Positions 35,957 through 48,400 of a stretch of DNA of 64,000 nucleotides are shown here, piece after piece. Position numbers and translations under genes: made by a program. This DNA comes from Yuukianura sp. NJ FZ-2021 (taxonomy: Eukaryota), in NCBI GenBank assembly GCA_046563655.1, contig CM102290.1:310001-374000 (forward strand), written 5' to 3'. The first letter of the stretch is position 1, and each line of letters starts with the position of its first letter. The notes below the pieces were generated by a model. The model was given only the letters and a program-made list of their open reading frames with translations, made no database searches and was not told the origin of the DNA.

Positions 35957-37186
35957 TCGTTTTCTCTCCGAAACCCAAATTGAGTGGAATAGGTTTCTTT
36001 CTTTGCTCTTTTTTTTTGAAAGCCCTAATTACGAAATTGTGCTTAAGGGAGGAAGTGATTTTGAGTTCCGGAACATTTTTTTTTCGGTTTTTTCGGAGAG
36101 AAAAGAATGGGTAGAAAACCAATCATCCTAATGGACTTCCCTAAAGTCTACCACATGGCCTCCATTTCTTCCTACTTTACTCCACCATCCTCCTCCTCCT
36201 CCTCCACCTCCGCAAATGGGGCATATTCACCTGGTGGGACTGGAGCCACGACCGGTGGGGCCTCTGCGGTTGACTTCGCTCCCACCAAAATCAAAGTTTA
36301 GCAAAGACTTTCTCCCGTCTTCGTCATCATCGTCGAGGTTTTAGTTTACAAGCACGTTTTCACCCACAAGGATTTTTTGTTCGCTCAACTACACAAACAC
36401 ACACAAGAGCAACATTCCACTTCCTGGTTGAAGTACGGCTCCACCGTACTTCAACCAAACATCGGATTACGCCCACTTGTACCCACGAAAAATCAGCCCA
36501 ATTTCTCATTTGAAACCAACCGCTGCCACGGCCAAAGTCAAGTCAAGCGGCAGAATTGGAATTGAAAAAGAAACTGGCAGAGAAGAGTAAGGGATGAGAA
36601 GAAAAAAAAACAAAAAGGAAGCGGGGATTGAACCCGTGGATTCCAGTTGGAATTGAGCAGAGAAGTGGATGATGGATCTCCGTCATTCATCTCCTAACTC
36701 TCCTGCTCTACTTCCTCAACCAGTACAAAAAATGTTGGTTGGGTTAAGGCAGGAACACACCATGTACCCTAACTTACGTTAACGTTAAAGTCCAAATCCC
36801 TTTGATAAATGCCCAACATGGCGGCAGAAGAAGAGCCACTGGCTGCCATTCATTTGTCCTTTCAAAAAGAGTTAGGAGATTCAGCCACAAGAGTTGGGCA
36901 GGAATTTCATCTTTGGAGGTCAAATCGAGAGGCCAGACACAACCATTAGTTACTGTTGTAGGGCCCTCGAAGGTTCCTTTACTCTAACCTAAACATAACC
37001 TAACAAAGTCACAGTACCTAACTTTAGGGAGAGGAGATCCAGGGAGTGTAATTACTTACATTCCACAGAGATCAGCCTCCTGCTGCACAGACACTCGCAA
37101 CCTTTGTTGGTATTTACGGAATTTCTGGAAGAGGGAAAGCACAAAGAGAAAGGACTTTTTTCACTACAAAGTTTTTTGTTGTGTTT

Positions 37187-37605
37187 TAGGGCTCTCAAAT
37201 CCGTACGATTTCCAAAAATCCGGATTTCATATTTATCCGGATTTCGGATTTATCCGGATTTCGGATTTATCCGGTTGGCAAATCCGGCTTCGGATTCTGA
37301 TTTTTGGGTATCTGGTAACTTCCAGAAGGAAATTTGTGAAGTTTATAATGGCAATAAGCATTTGAGTTTTAAACACTAAAACGTACATATTGGTTATGGA
37401 TAATACAAATATTTATTTTGTTTGCAAAAAAAAAATAGTAATAATTTAAAAAATTTATATTTAAATCTTTTTTTTTCTGAAAATCAAATTTTGCACTACC
37501 GCCAATGCCCTGAAATAGAAAGGAAAATCCGGATTCAAAATTTTGGAATCCGGATTTCAGATTCTCCGTCAAAAATCCGGATTCAAATCCGGATTTAGAG
37601 GCCTA
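37187..37605. mobile_element. hAT-like MITE (TCCGGATT-rich)
   Basis: TIR TAGGGCTCTCAAATCCG...CGGATTTAGAGGCCTA; many subterminal TCCGGATT motifs as in 32192-32552. Confidence 0.7.
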
Positions 37606-39489
37606 GCTATGTTCCTATAACCTCTGAAACCTTAAAAAGTTCTTTTTGGTTGAGAGTTTCTGTCTCTCCTGTAAACTAAACTCTTCTCTCTCTTTTGAGA
37701 GGGGAGAGTATGTTACGCTCTGTTCTCTTCTCCTTTGAGTATGTTACGCTAGGGTGTGTGTTAGGTGGTTAGACTATGTGTTCTCCTCTGGAGTTGTTGT
37801 GGAGTGCCAAGGTCTTTTCCCCACAGAGGGAAATTATGAATAAAAATGTTTCCACACTTTTCATCTTCCAAGTCCAACTTTTCTTTGCTTTCTTTTCGCT
37901 GACTTGCTCTTTTCCCATGACTTTCTTTTATGCTGATTAGAGGGAAAGTAGAGAAAAGAGAGCTTTTTCAAAGGACTCTTTCAAATGTGGAACCAACATT
38001 CAGCATTACACGAAGAAAAGGGGTCCCGAAGGGGCCTCCCAAGTCCCCCCCCCCTTTAGTGCTGGTTTTGAACAAAGCCCTTAAGGGACCATGTTTCAGC
38101 TCAGAGATGGGGTTAGGGAAATGCTTTTTGAGGTACTCTCGTTTCTCGGAATTCCAAAAGTATAAAAATTTAAAATTGAATTTTCGTTTTCAAATTTGAT
38201 GAGCCCTTGAAATTAACTTTTGGAGTAAACTGCTTATTTTTTTAGTTTGAAGGGGTCATGTGGGCCCTTGAGCCTTGAAGGTACACTTGTCTGTGGGTGT
38301 TTTTAGTAAAAACGAGCACCAAGACCAAAGTTTACGTTAAGGTAGAGATCATGCGATGGTTAAAAGGGTTGCGTGTCCAGTGAAAGCCTATAAAATATTA
38401 TGATACGACAAAATGGAGTTTTAATTTCACCTTTACAAGGCTTAAGTCCAACGATATAAACTTATGGGCTACAGGAAAAAATCTCAGATTCCTTAAAAAA
38501 CAAAAACAAAAAAAGACATGTTAACACTCAAGGCTCTTAACAAAAGGTCAGAGGTCAACTTTTTGTTTCAAAATCTAACCTCGCTTAATACTTTTTCAAG
38601 CAAACGCGTCATTTTTGAACGCTCCTAGAATTAAAAGTTGTCCAAAAAAAAACTGAATTTTTAAACTTTCATTGATTTTTCTATATTTTGTGCAAAGTGG
38701 AGTAAATATAACAAACCATTTCCATTTTAATTGCCAAAAACCAATCAATTTCTCAATTTTCAAAAACAGAATACACACAACAACAAAAAAGGTTGAACGT
38801 TGTTGGTTTATTTGAGCACAGAAATAAAAAAGTGAAAAAGTAAACGAGAGTATCAATGAAACTATAAAAACAAACGTAATAAATGTTTACTCTCCGTTTT
38901 TAGTTCGTTACACAATTACTTACTTTTACTCGTCATCAAAAAAACAAGAACTCAAATATTTTTTTTGAAAACAAAAAAATGAACTAAAAAAAGTTCAATT
39001 TCTCAAAACTGAAATTGTAAACAATAGTTAAAAACTTAAAAAAAAATGAAAGAATTTGAATTGAAGTATTTTTTTTTCACTTTCACTACAAAATCATTTT
39101 TTTTTGTTTAATTTGGTTAGTCTGTTAAGGAAGGTTTCAAAAAATGTTGCAGTTATGTTCAATTTTGAACATTTTTGAAAAGTATTTTTCTCAAATTTGA
39201 AATTTTTTTATTTTGGTGGAATGTTGTTCTGTTCCTGCGCCCTGCGATGTAAACTGGCTTTGACTTTCTCCAATTTGGAGAGCCACGGAGAAAGCCACTT
39301 CAGTTCCGTCACGGATACAGCGACGGAAAGACTTTCACTTCCACTTTCCACGGCGTATCAGCACTACTATTGTCTCATCATTTTCAAAAACTAAATTTTC
39401 CGTTTTTCAAAATTTAAAAAAGACATTTTCAAAAACTTGTCCTGAAACTACTCAAGTTCCTTTGATCACCTAAAGACATTGTTCACACA

Positions 39490-42400
39490 ATGGGATTCGA
39501 CTGGACTCCACTTTTGTCCTCAACTGTCGCTGCTCTCCTGTATCTCAACACACTCAAAGGAAACTTTGTGTACGACGACAGGTAAGAAACAATGCTTTTC
39601 TGGTTTCAAAATTTTGAACTTTTTTTAAAATTTGAAACTTTTTGTGATCTCAAAAGTTGTAATAACTGAGTGTGATGATGATTTGTGATTTGTGAGGAAG
39701 ACGAAAGTATATTCTAGTTAAATGTCACTTTTGTCAAAAGTTGGAAGATGAAGAATGGGTTCGAATCCCGTCCCGGCTTCTTTTTTTTTCTTCTCCTCTC
39801 TTGCTCTCATAATAAAGAAACGGAGAAATTTCTTTTGAAATTGTGCGTGGTGCCTTTAATGTGCTTTCTTTCAAGTGTTCCTTAATTTGAAATTGAATTC
39901 TGACGGTATGGTGCTTGTACGAGTGTTCTAATGTCCTAACCATCTGCTGGCCATCATCAAGGGGTCTCCCCTTGGCTTCAAAGTCACAAAGGGCCCCCCT
40001 GCGGGGGTTCGGGGGGTGCGGGGGTCCCTTGGGGATCGGCTGGTACAAACCCCCATCCATCTTCATCACAAGACAGAAAAGAGAAGAGAAAGTTGAGGAG
40101 AAACTCATAAGTCAAACAGGTGGTCCTTCCGCCGCTTTCACCAACTTTCACTATACTAAAATAATACAAAAAAACGAAAAAAAAGTTTTTCCCCGGGAAA
40201 TTTCAAAATTTTGGCTCCAAAATTCAAAATTTTAGAACGTTTCAGACACTATGCTCCACGTCCTAAGTTAGTCCCGCCCGTTCTGAATCTTCAGCATTAG
40301 AATTACATTAGAAACGTAACTTCTAGAGTTAAGTTTTAGAGTTTAGGTGTAGAATAAGTTATGTTATGTGAAAGTTAGGTTATGTTTTTAGCCTAACTAG
40401 AAAGGTAGACTGTGTTTGTTGATGGAAATGAGACTAGAGTGACTCTGTTTACCTTTCTCCTGTGCCATTTGTTTTGTGAAAGCTAAAGTAGAGTCGTGAA
40501 TTGAGAAGTGGAAATTAGGCTGAAATTAGAAGTTTTGAGAGAGTCTTTGGGCTGTGACTGAGAAGTGGCAGGGGGACTTAGGCCCTTGATCCCTTGATTT
40601 CTCTGCTGGATGCAAATGAGGCTCAAATCATTCCCTCGCAGCATCTATCAAAGCTAAGCACCTAAGCCCCTCACTACTCAGCACTCTGCCAAATCCACAA
40701 CTTCCATGCAACCATCCATTCAAATTCACAAAATGACTCACGTCTCAGCACAAAGCACACCTAACGGAGGGCTTCTTTGGCCCACCTAACGGAAGCCCAC
40801 TTTGGCCCCACTTAAGGGAATCCCACTTTGGCCCCACCTAAGAGAAGCCCACTTTGGCCTAACGTAAGGCCACTTTGGTTCGGAAGATGAGCAAAAGAAA
40901 GAAGTAAAGTGGTCATACTTTGCTTTCTCTCGTCTCATTAAACCGCAGGCAGGAGTAATTGACATCATCCACAACACGACAGATCCACACAAAAGCTAAA
41001 AAAACTAAAATTTCGAAAAAAAAAAAAAGAAAAAAAAAAGAAAAGAAAAGAAAAAAAAACTAAAAATTTTAACAAAAAATAGACATTAGAAGACTCTTGA
41101 TACGAGTTTGTCTGTCTGTCTGTAATTCTTTAAAAGTTGGCGGTCACTAAATTTCAAAAAACTTACGCGGAAAGTTACTACAAGAAAACACAACGTTTTG
41201 AAAACGTTTTTCGTCGTTTTGAAACATAAAACGACGATTGTGAATTGCTTTGAAGCAAAAATGACACTCAAAAACATTTTTTTCCAAATATTTTTTAAAG
41301 AGAAAGTAGAGATTTTTTTCTGAGAGAAAAGTGTAGAATTTCTGTTTTTGGGAGAAAAGTGTAGAAACTACATAGTACATGCAGTAATGGGCGACTTATG
41401 TAAGAACAGTTTTTTGAAACTGTGTAGAATTGTAGGAAAATGGTGAATGTAAAAAGTGTAAACTGGGAAAATGTGTAAATGAGGATCCTGTACATAGGGA
41501 AAGAGATGACATTGATTTGTTGAGAGAAGAAGTCCGCTGGAGTAATTAGTGAGATTTGGGAGAGAAAGTATACTGATTGCACTCCCTTTCACTTCCCACT
41601 GAGAACCTCAGTCTCTACAACTCCATAGTTACTCCCTCCATGCCATGTAAACTTTCTTTTTGAAAAAGGAGAGGCGGGAGTTTTGCTTTGCCGCAAAATG
41701 GACTCGAATCCCCTGTTCATCTCTCCACTTATCAATTATTTCCACTTAGCACATCTCCCTCCATGCAGCACAGCTCTGGGCTCCAGTCAATTGAGATACA
41801 GCAGAGGTTTTTAAGCTTTCTCCAGCATCCAGCATTACTGGAAGAGCCGATGCTGGATTCTGGAAGAGACGAGAAGTGAGGAATTATGAGGCCTCATAAT
41901 CGACCTCGAGTCATCTTCTGCCAAAACCAACCACCGAACGGCTCTTTCTCCCCCTACTCCAGCATTCTCCAGGATTCTCCAGGAAAATTGTGGAGGATTG
42001 GTCTGATTCTCTCCAGCAGAGTCCAGCAGATTCTTGTTCTGGTTCCAGTATTTGTGTTTCCAGTATTCCTGGAAGGAAGGGATACTCATTTCCGGGACAT
42101 CAGTTATCCTCCTTCCCCGCATCAACAGACACTCAAACAGTGCAAAGGAATTATTTCGCTACACTGGACACACCACCGACTCCAGAACAGAGCATAGTCT
42201 AACATAACATATAACATAGCCTAACAAATACAAAAACCAACCACCGTCTGCTCCATCCCTCTAATTCCAAAACACAATTTCAGTTTCCAAGGCAACAGCT
42301 TACGATCCGCCGTCCTAAACATTCCTTTCTCCCCGCAACAAAATAGAACAACCAAATCCAATTTCACTTTCTCCTTCAAACAGTCAAAAGAGTTCAAAAA

Positions 42401-45400
42401 AGTGAAATTCAAATTGAAAATCAAGTTTATTTGAAAATGGCGCTATTTTTAAATAGTCCAACCTCACCGCCATGTTTTTTTTTTAAATCAGGCCTCAGTG
42501 ACGAACGTTTTTTTTAAATTCAGGCCTCAGTGACGAAAGTTTTTTTAAATTCAGGCCTCAGTGACGAAAGTTTTTTTAAATTCAGGCCTCAGTGACGAAA
42601 GTTTTTTTAAATTCAGGCCTCATCACCAAGGTTTTTTTTTTAAACGGAGATCGCAATATTTTTTTAAAGTTGACTGCTTTCACCGGTTTATAATTTAACG
42701 TTGAAAGGACAAAACTAAATTTTTAGTAAAGTTTGGTTTCAAAATTTTGACTAATTTCCTGGATTAAAAAATGAATAGTTAGGTGGGAGTGTTAGCCGCG
42801 TTAGTTGGAATGTAACTGATGGAACTGTGAAAATTCTACTCTTGGCAAGATCGGTTCCCTTGAAGGGCCCTTGGGAGGCTCCTAAGGCCCTAAGTGTTGA
42901 GAAGTTTGAAGGATGAGGAATGGGACCTTTAATCTCAGTCTCCTCCGCAACTTTCTCCTTTCATTTCCCCACGACGAATTTATGGCCAAAAGCCACCTAA
43001 CGTCCAATCCTCTCAACTAATTTCTCAAACCACCACTAAATCTCCACCCCTCCTCCTCAACCCCCCCCCCCTCAAACTATCTTGGACCACAGAGGTCAAT
43101 TCTGGGCCACAAGTCTATTTGGCCATTTAGACCAATTTTGGCCACAGATTCACACTTCTGACTTTAAAGGTCAAAGGTCAGCCAGAACCCCCCCCCCCAT
43201 TGCAGAGGGGGGTGGGGGGTAAATTTTTTGTCTCACAACCCCCTCCCCCTCAGTATTTGATGGCTTTTCTGCAATCTGGAACTGATGGGGGCCCTTTGAA
43301 GAATAGTGATTGGATGTGGGCCCTTTTTGAGCAGACGGGGGGAGACTTGGACAAAGGACAAAGGAACAAAGAGGGACCTGGAAGGGAGATAAGCGTAAGC
43401 GATGAAACTCATCACCAAACCCCCGTCAAGGATTAAATCCATGCCCATCTCTGCTTATGTTCCTCAAAATTTCTTTCATCTCCACACTCCCAACCGTTCG
43501 CTCAAACTTTACTTTCATCTTTCACTAAAATGAGGTCCGTCGGGCACAGACAGCCTGTTTTCCCATTTCCAAAAAAAATCATCCTCTGGGAATATGATGT
43601 TCATGATGAAGAAAAAAATACATGATGGAATGAAGTTCATTTCATAAATTGTTCAACTCTAAATTATTTCATTGGATGTCGAAAGAATCTGACTCGCAAA
43701 GTATTTTCTGACAGTTAAATTAAAATTTTTGTTGAAAAAAGTTTTGGGCTATAAGGAGTTTCGAACCCCCACCACTCAGTGATTTACGCAGCACGTTAAC
43801 CATTAACCTCACCCTGATTCCAATTAACGAGAGAAAGAGATTAGAAGGGAAAGTGGGGCCGTAGTGAGTTCGATTCCAGATTTCGTCATCATTTTTTTTC
43901 TCTCTCCCTCTCTTTTTGTTGTTGGCGATTAGAAATGTATTGATTTTTGAAAATGGAGAAAAAGTAGAGCGTATTTTTGTCCAACTCCGGGAGTCCCCTA
44001 CTTCCAGACACAAAAAGAAGGTCAAGCACTCAAGTCTAACGAGGGAACATTCCCAACCAGTTCTCAAGTTTTTGAATTTAAAAAATGCAGTCATATTCTG
44101 CATGTCAAGAGAAAATTTTCTGCAGTAGTTTCGGTTGCCAACGACAAAACAAAATAATCCCGACCTGGTCTTGAACCTGTGGCCCCACTCCATAGGAATG
44201 AGAAAAAAATTTTTTTTATGTTGAATTGTTCAACAGAAAACGTTTACTGTTGCATAATTCGACATAAAAAATTTTTTTTCTCGTTTTTCTTGAGCTGGAC
44301 CATGGGTTCGAGTCCAGCTTGGGGTATTTTTTTTTCTGTCGTTGGCGACCGAAATTACTGGAGAAAATATTGTTTTGACATACAGAATATGACTGGATTT
44401 TTTAAATTCAAAAACTTGAAAACAGGTTGGGAATGTTCCCTCGTAAGTCCCCCCCCCCACTGCTCACTGTCCACGAGGGGCGTGGAATGGGGGAGGGAAG
44501 GGGGTGATGACTGGAGGGAGTTAGTGAGGGGGAAGAGATGAGTTTTGCGGGAGAGCCATTTTTTATTGATGAAAGTGAGGATGTTCGCATGTGTTGAGGA
44601 GAATCCAATCATGCTCTTATGAATGATTGAGTTAGTCGTTGTGGATAGGGGGAGGGATGGGCGCCAAAAAAACCTTCAGGAAATTTTGAATTTGAAGCGT
44701 CATGGGCTTCACTAGTGAGGCTTCTGACTGGCCTCTGTGTCCGGGGATTATTAGGTCACGAGGGATTAAAATCCGGGTACTTTGAGCTGCGGCGGTAGAG
44801 AAGGAGCAGGAGACTTAAAAATCAAATCCCTCATTTACTCCACATGTCAATCCCCCACTCACTTTCACTTTCCCTTGTTCACGCTTGAACATACAGTTAA
44901 TAACAGTTAATAAACATTCATTATTCACTGCTCCATCCAGTATTCGATCCCCTGACCTTATCCAAAACATCCACTTTCATGTCCATCAAGCCATGACTTC
45001 CATCCGCCGTTTTTTGTCTAGTTTCACCCACAGTTTCGTCCAGGATTCAACTGACCGGCACGAAACGTTAAAATATATACCGTATTTCCTCGCCTATAAC
45101 ACGCACTAACGTATATAAGACGCAGCTCAATCAGGAATTCTCAAAAATACTTCAAAAACTCGACTACTTGAGAAATTTTTCAGATAAGACGCGCCTTATA
45201 CGCGAGGTAATATGGTATACCGAAACGACCTTCAAAATTAAACATAATCATTTTTGCAATTTACCCGACAACTCCGACGAAAAGGCAAAAAATTTTGTTG
45301 GGCAATCCGGTTTAGCTGTCCGGCGGTTTCGTGTTTCCGGTCAGAAGCAATTCACGATATGTTTGTAATTCACTTTTTCAAAGCTGGTTTTATTGTAATA

Positions 45401-48400
45401 CCTTCAAAATCCGTGATCCGCTTTACACAAATCTTTTCTAATAAAAAAAAATCCATTGTCAATTTTTCTAAACCAAAAAAAAAAAAAGTTTTTAGCGGAC
45501 ATCTCGTACGATCCGTGCGTGCAGAAATTTTTTTGGCTCAAAAAGTCCGGAGAAAGAAGAAGTTTGAGGATTTTTGTGTCCAAGTGCTCTTGCCGCGTGT
45601 CAAAAGTATCACCCAGTGACACGCAAAAGAGAAAAAGCTTTGTCCAGAAGTTCGTTCCTCTGGACAATTCTGGACAAGAGACCGCAAAAGCCTGGAGTTG
45701 CCCCCTTTAATTAAAATTCCCGCTTCGTCTCTATTATTGAAGGACTTTAATTATTCCTTGGGAAAACAACTGGAGTCTTCCAACTCTCGGCACTCCACTC
45801 CCTTCCGCTACTTTATTATTTACGAAACACTTTTTACTTTGAAGCTCAAGAGTTCAAGTGAAACCTCAGAAGAAAGTCAAGGGACGCTACTTTTGTCTTC
45901 AGAGGAACAGAATTACAAGTAGCTAAAAACACCTTGGACACAAATTTATACTTCGAACTTACTCAAACTTCCAACTTTTGTATTCAAATGATTCTTTTGG
46001 TCAATCCTTGCAAAAATATACTAAATTTTGCCTTTTTTGGATTGCAAATTTCGGTTGATACCTTTTAGCCCATGTTTACATAATTTTGCATATTACAGTG
46101 CGTTACATGATATACGATGTCATGTTATAGTCAGACATGCCAAAAATATTTCAATATTTGTAAATATTTCAAGATTTTTCAGTAAATATTGTATTTATTT
46201 AAATATGTCGCTGGTTTTGAGTAAATATTTTTGGCATGCCTGGATAATATTGGTACATCAAGCGGCAGTGTTGCTGGATGTCCAATTTTTTAGCATTTCG
46301 TCCAGGTTATATCCACTGCATAAATGGATAAATCCGGATAAAATCCACGTTGGGATGGGCGAAATTGAGTTTCGGCCGGAAGAAACCAATAAAATCCGGA
46401 TATATTCACCACTTTGACGGATGGTGGCAGAAATATTTTATCCATCCAGCAACACTGTCAAACGATGGTAGGTTATATATTCTATCAGATCAGGAATCCC
46501 AAATGAGTGAATTTTTTGTAAATTCTAGTGCTTCGTGTCTCGTGTGTCGAGTATAAATCAGGCTTAAGTCCAAAAAAGAAAATTTGGCTTTCGTAAGATT
46601 CAGGCTTAACTCCCTTTAATTTGTTTTCATTACAAACTGTGATGTTGAAACTGCCAGAAAAAATTTCCAAAAACCCTTGACTCTTTTCTTTCTCCTTTAA
46701 AGACAATGCTTGAGTGTAGAAGAGTGTTGGCGGGAAAAGAAAGTTTTGTTTGAATTCAAGTGGCGTTGTCGTGTGATGTCGTAAAGGGCTGGATTTATTG
46801 TCTTGTGTCCGATCCTCCTGCAAGATCCCTTCAGTCTTAAGATTCTGCTGGAGCCAGGGGGACTAGTGATGCATATTAAAAAGTCTAATCGATTCCTTAC
46901 TTCTCCGGCCATTAAAATTATTCATGCCTAACTTAAAAAAAAACAAGGTTCTTTGACAACGAAAAGAATTTTCTTTAACAGGTTGAGTACTACCTCGCTT
47001 GTTGACAAAAAATGATTCAGCTACCACCCAACCTACCTATGATACACTTTGCAAAATCGAAATAACATGAGTATTACCCAACCTGTTAAAAAAAATCAAA
47101 GTCATCAAACCTTGAAAAAAAAACTTTGGCGCCACGTGGAAGGGGGCGGGAGTGGGTAAACACCTTTGCATTCCTATGTCAACTTCAGCATATTCTGTAC
47201 ATTAGGTTATGTTTTGGAATGGCTTAGGTTTTAGCCTAAGTTAGGCTAGTTAGGCTAAATTTGGCTTTGGTTGGGGCAGCTGTCCAGCCAGTTTCTAGTT
47301 GGACCGACTAAACCTCGGAAGTAGGAACGAAACAACTCATATTTCGCGTGTCATTGGGTCGTATCGCAAAAAAATGAGGCAAGTCATAAAAAAGAAAGCA
47401 AGTGAAAGGGGGTCAGCCCTTTGAGGCAATCAGAATCTAAATCAGGCATAGCCTAACATACTACGTTAGGCCAAACGTACTAAGTTAGGTTTTAGGTTAG
47501 GACTCTAATGGTCTAAATACTACTGTAGAGGAAGGAAATGAAAAAAATAGACTTTTCAAATCTTGCCTCCAAACGCTTTTTCTCCATTTTCTTCAAAATG
47601 ACCAAGGGAATGCAGTCATTATTTCCCTACCGCAGTAGTTTTTTTCAGTTTCTAAAAGCTCACCTTTCGTTTTTACTTTTTTGCGGGTTTCTGCACGACG
47701 CTTTTAACTTTTTTTGTGAAACAAACAACTCCATTTTGAGTCCAAAAAAATCAGTTTCATGAAAAAGAAATAACAGGGTCACTCATTCCTTTTTAATGGC
47801 CAACATTTTTTTTTGTCAATTTGAAATTGCCGCTCTCCCCTCCCCGCCAATTTCAACTATTTTCGAATTCAACTCCAAATAAAAAACAAGCTTTTTAACA
47901 GTAATAACACATGTAGTTCGGTATTAAAGAAAAAACATGGTTTTGGCGGAAAACTGAATTGAATTAAATTCGCGGTGTCAGTTTTTAGTTGTTGAAATAG
48001 TCAAAATTTTGGAAATTTGAATTGACATGCGGGAGTGATAAAGAGAATGATTAACGTCACTTCCAAAAAAATAGACGCGTCACACGTGATCTTGACATGC
48101 GTCACAATTTTTTTTGTACTGGACAGTGGACGTGTTTCTGTCCAGACTCAATTTTGTTCCCGGGAAAAATTCGGGCCGAGAAGTTTTTGGGGTACTGCTA
48201 CCCGGGTTTTTTTGAAATCCTATTTTTGGAAGATAGAAGAAAGGGAGATAGGGAAGAATGGCGTGGAGAAAGTTGGGAATGCGGCGGAACGTTATCTGTG
48301 CTAATAAATTTGATTCATGTCTAATTTCCTTGGACGTTTGAGTCTTTGACATTCCTCTCCCAGATAAGGCACTGCCCACTTTCTGAGGCACAAAGTTGAG

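Noticed and set aside
42480..42621. 31-bp repeats of CRISPR-repeat size
   Set aside because: Head-to-tail with no unique spacers, no cas genes, and inside a eukaryotic intron.
43720..44612. Similar ORFs on opposite strands (FFKFKNL.TGWECSLV) as paralogous genes
   Set aside because: They arise from the two arms of the palindromic MITE.
45268..45700. Possible TIR element (CAACTCC...GGAGTTG)
   Set aside because: TIR too short, with no TSD or second copy in the window.
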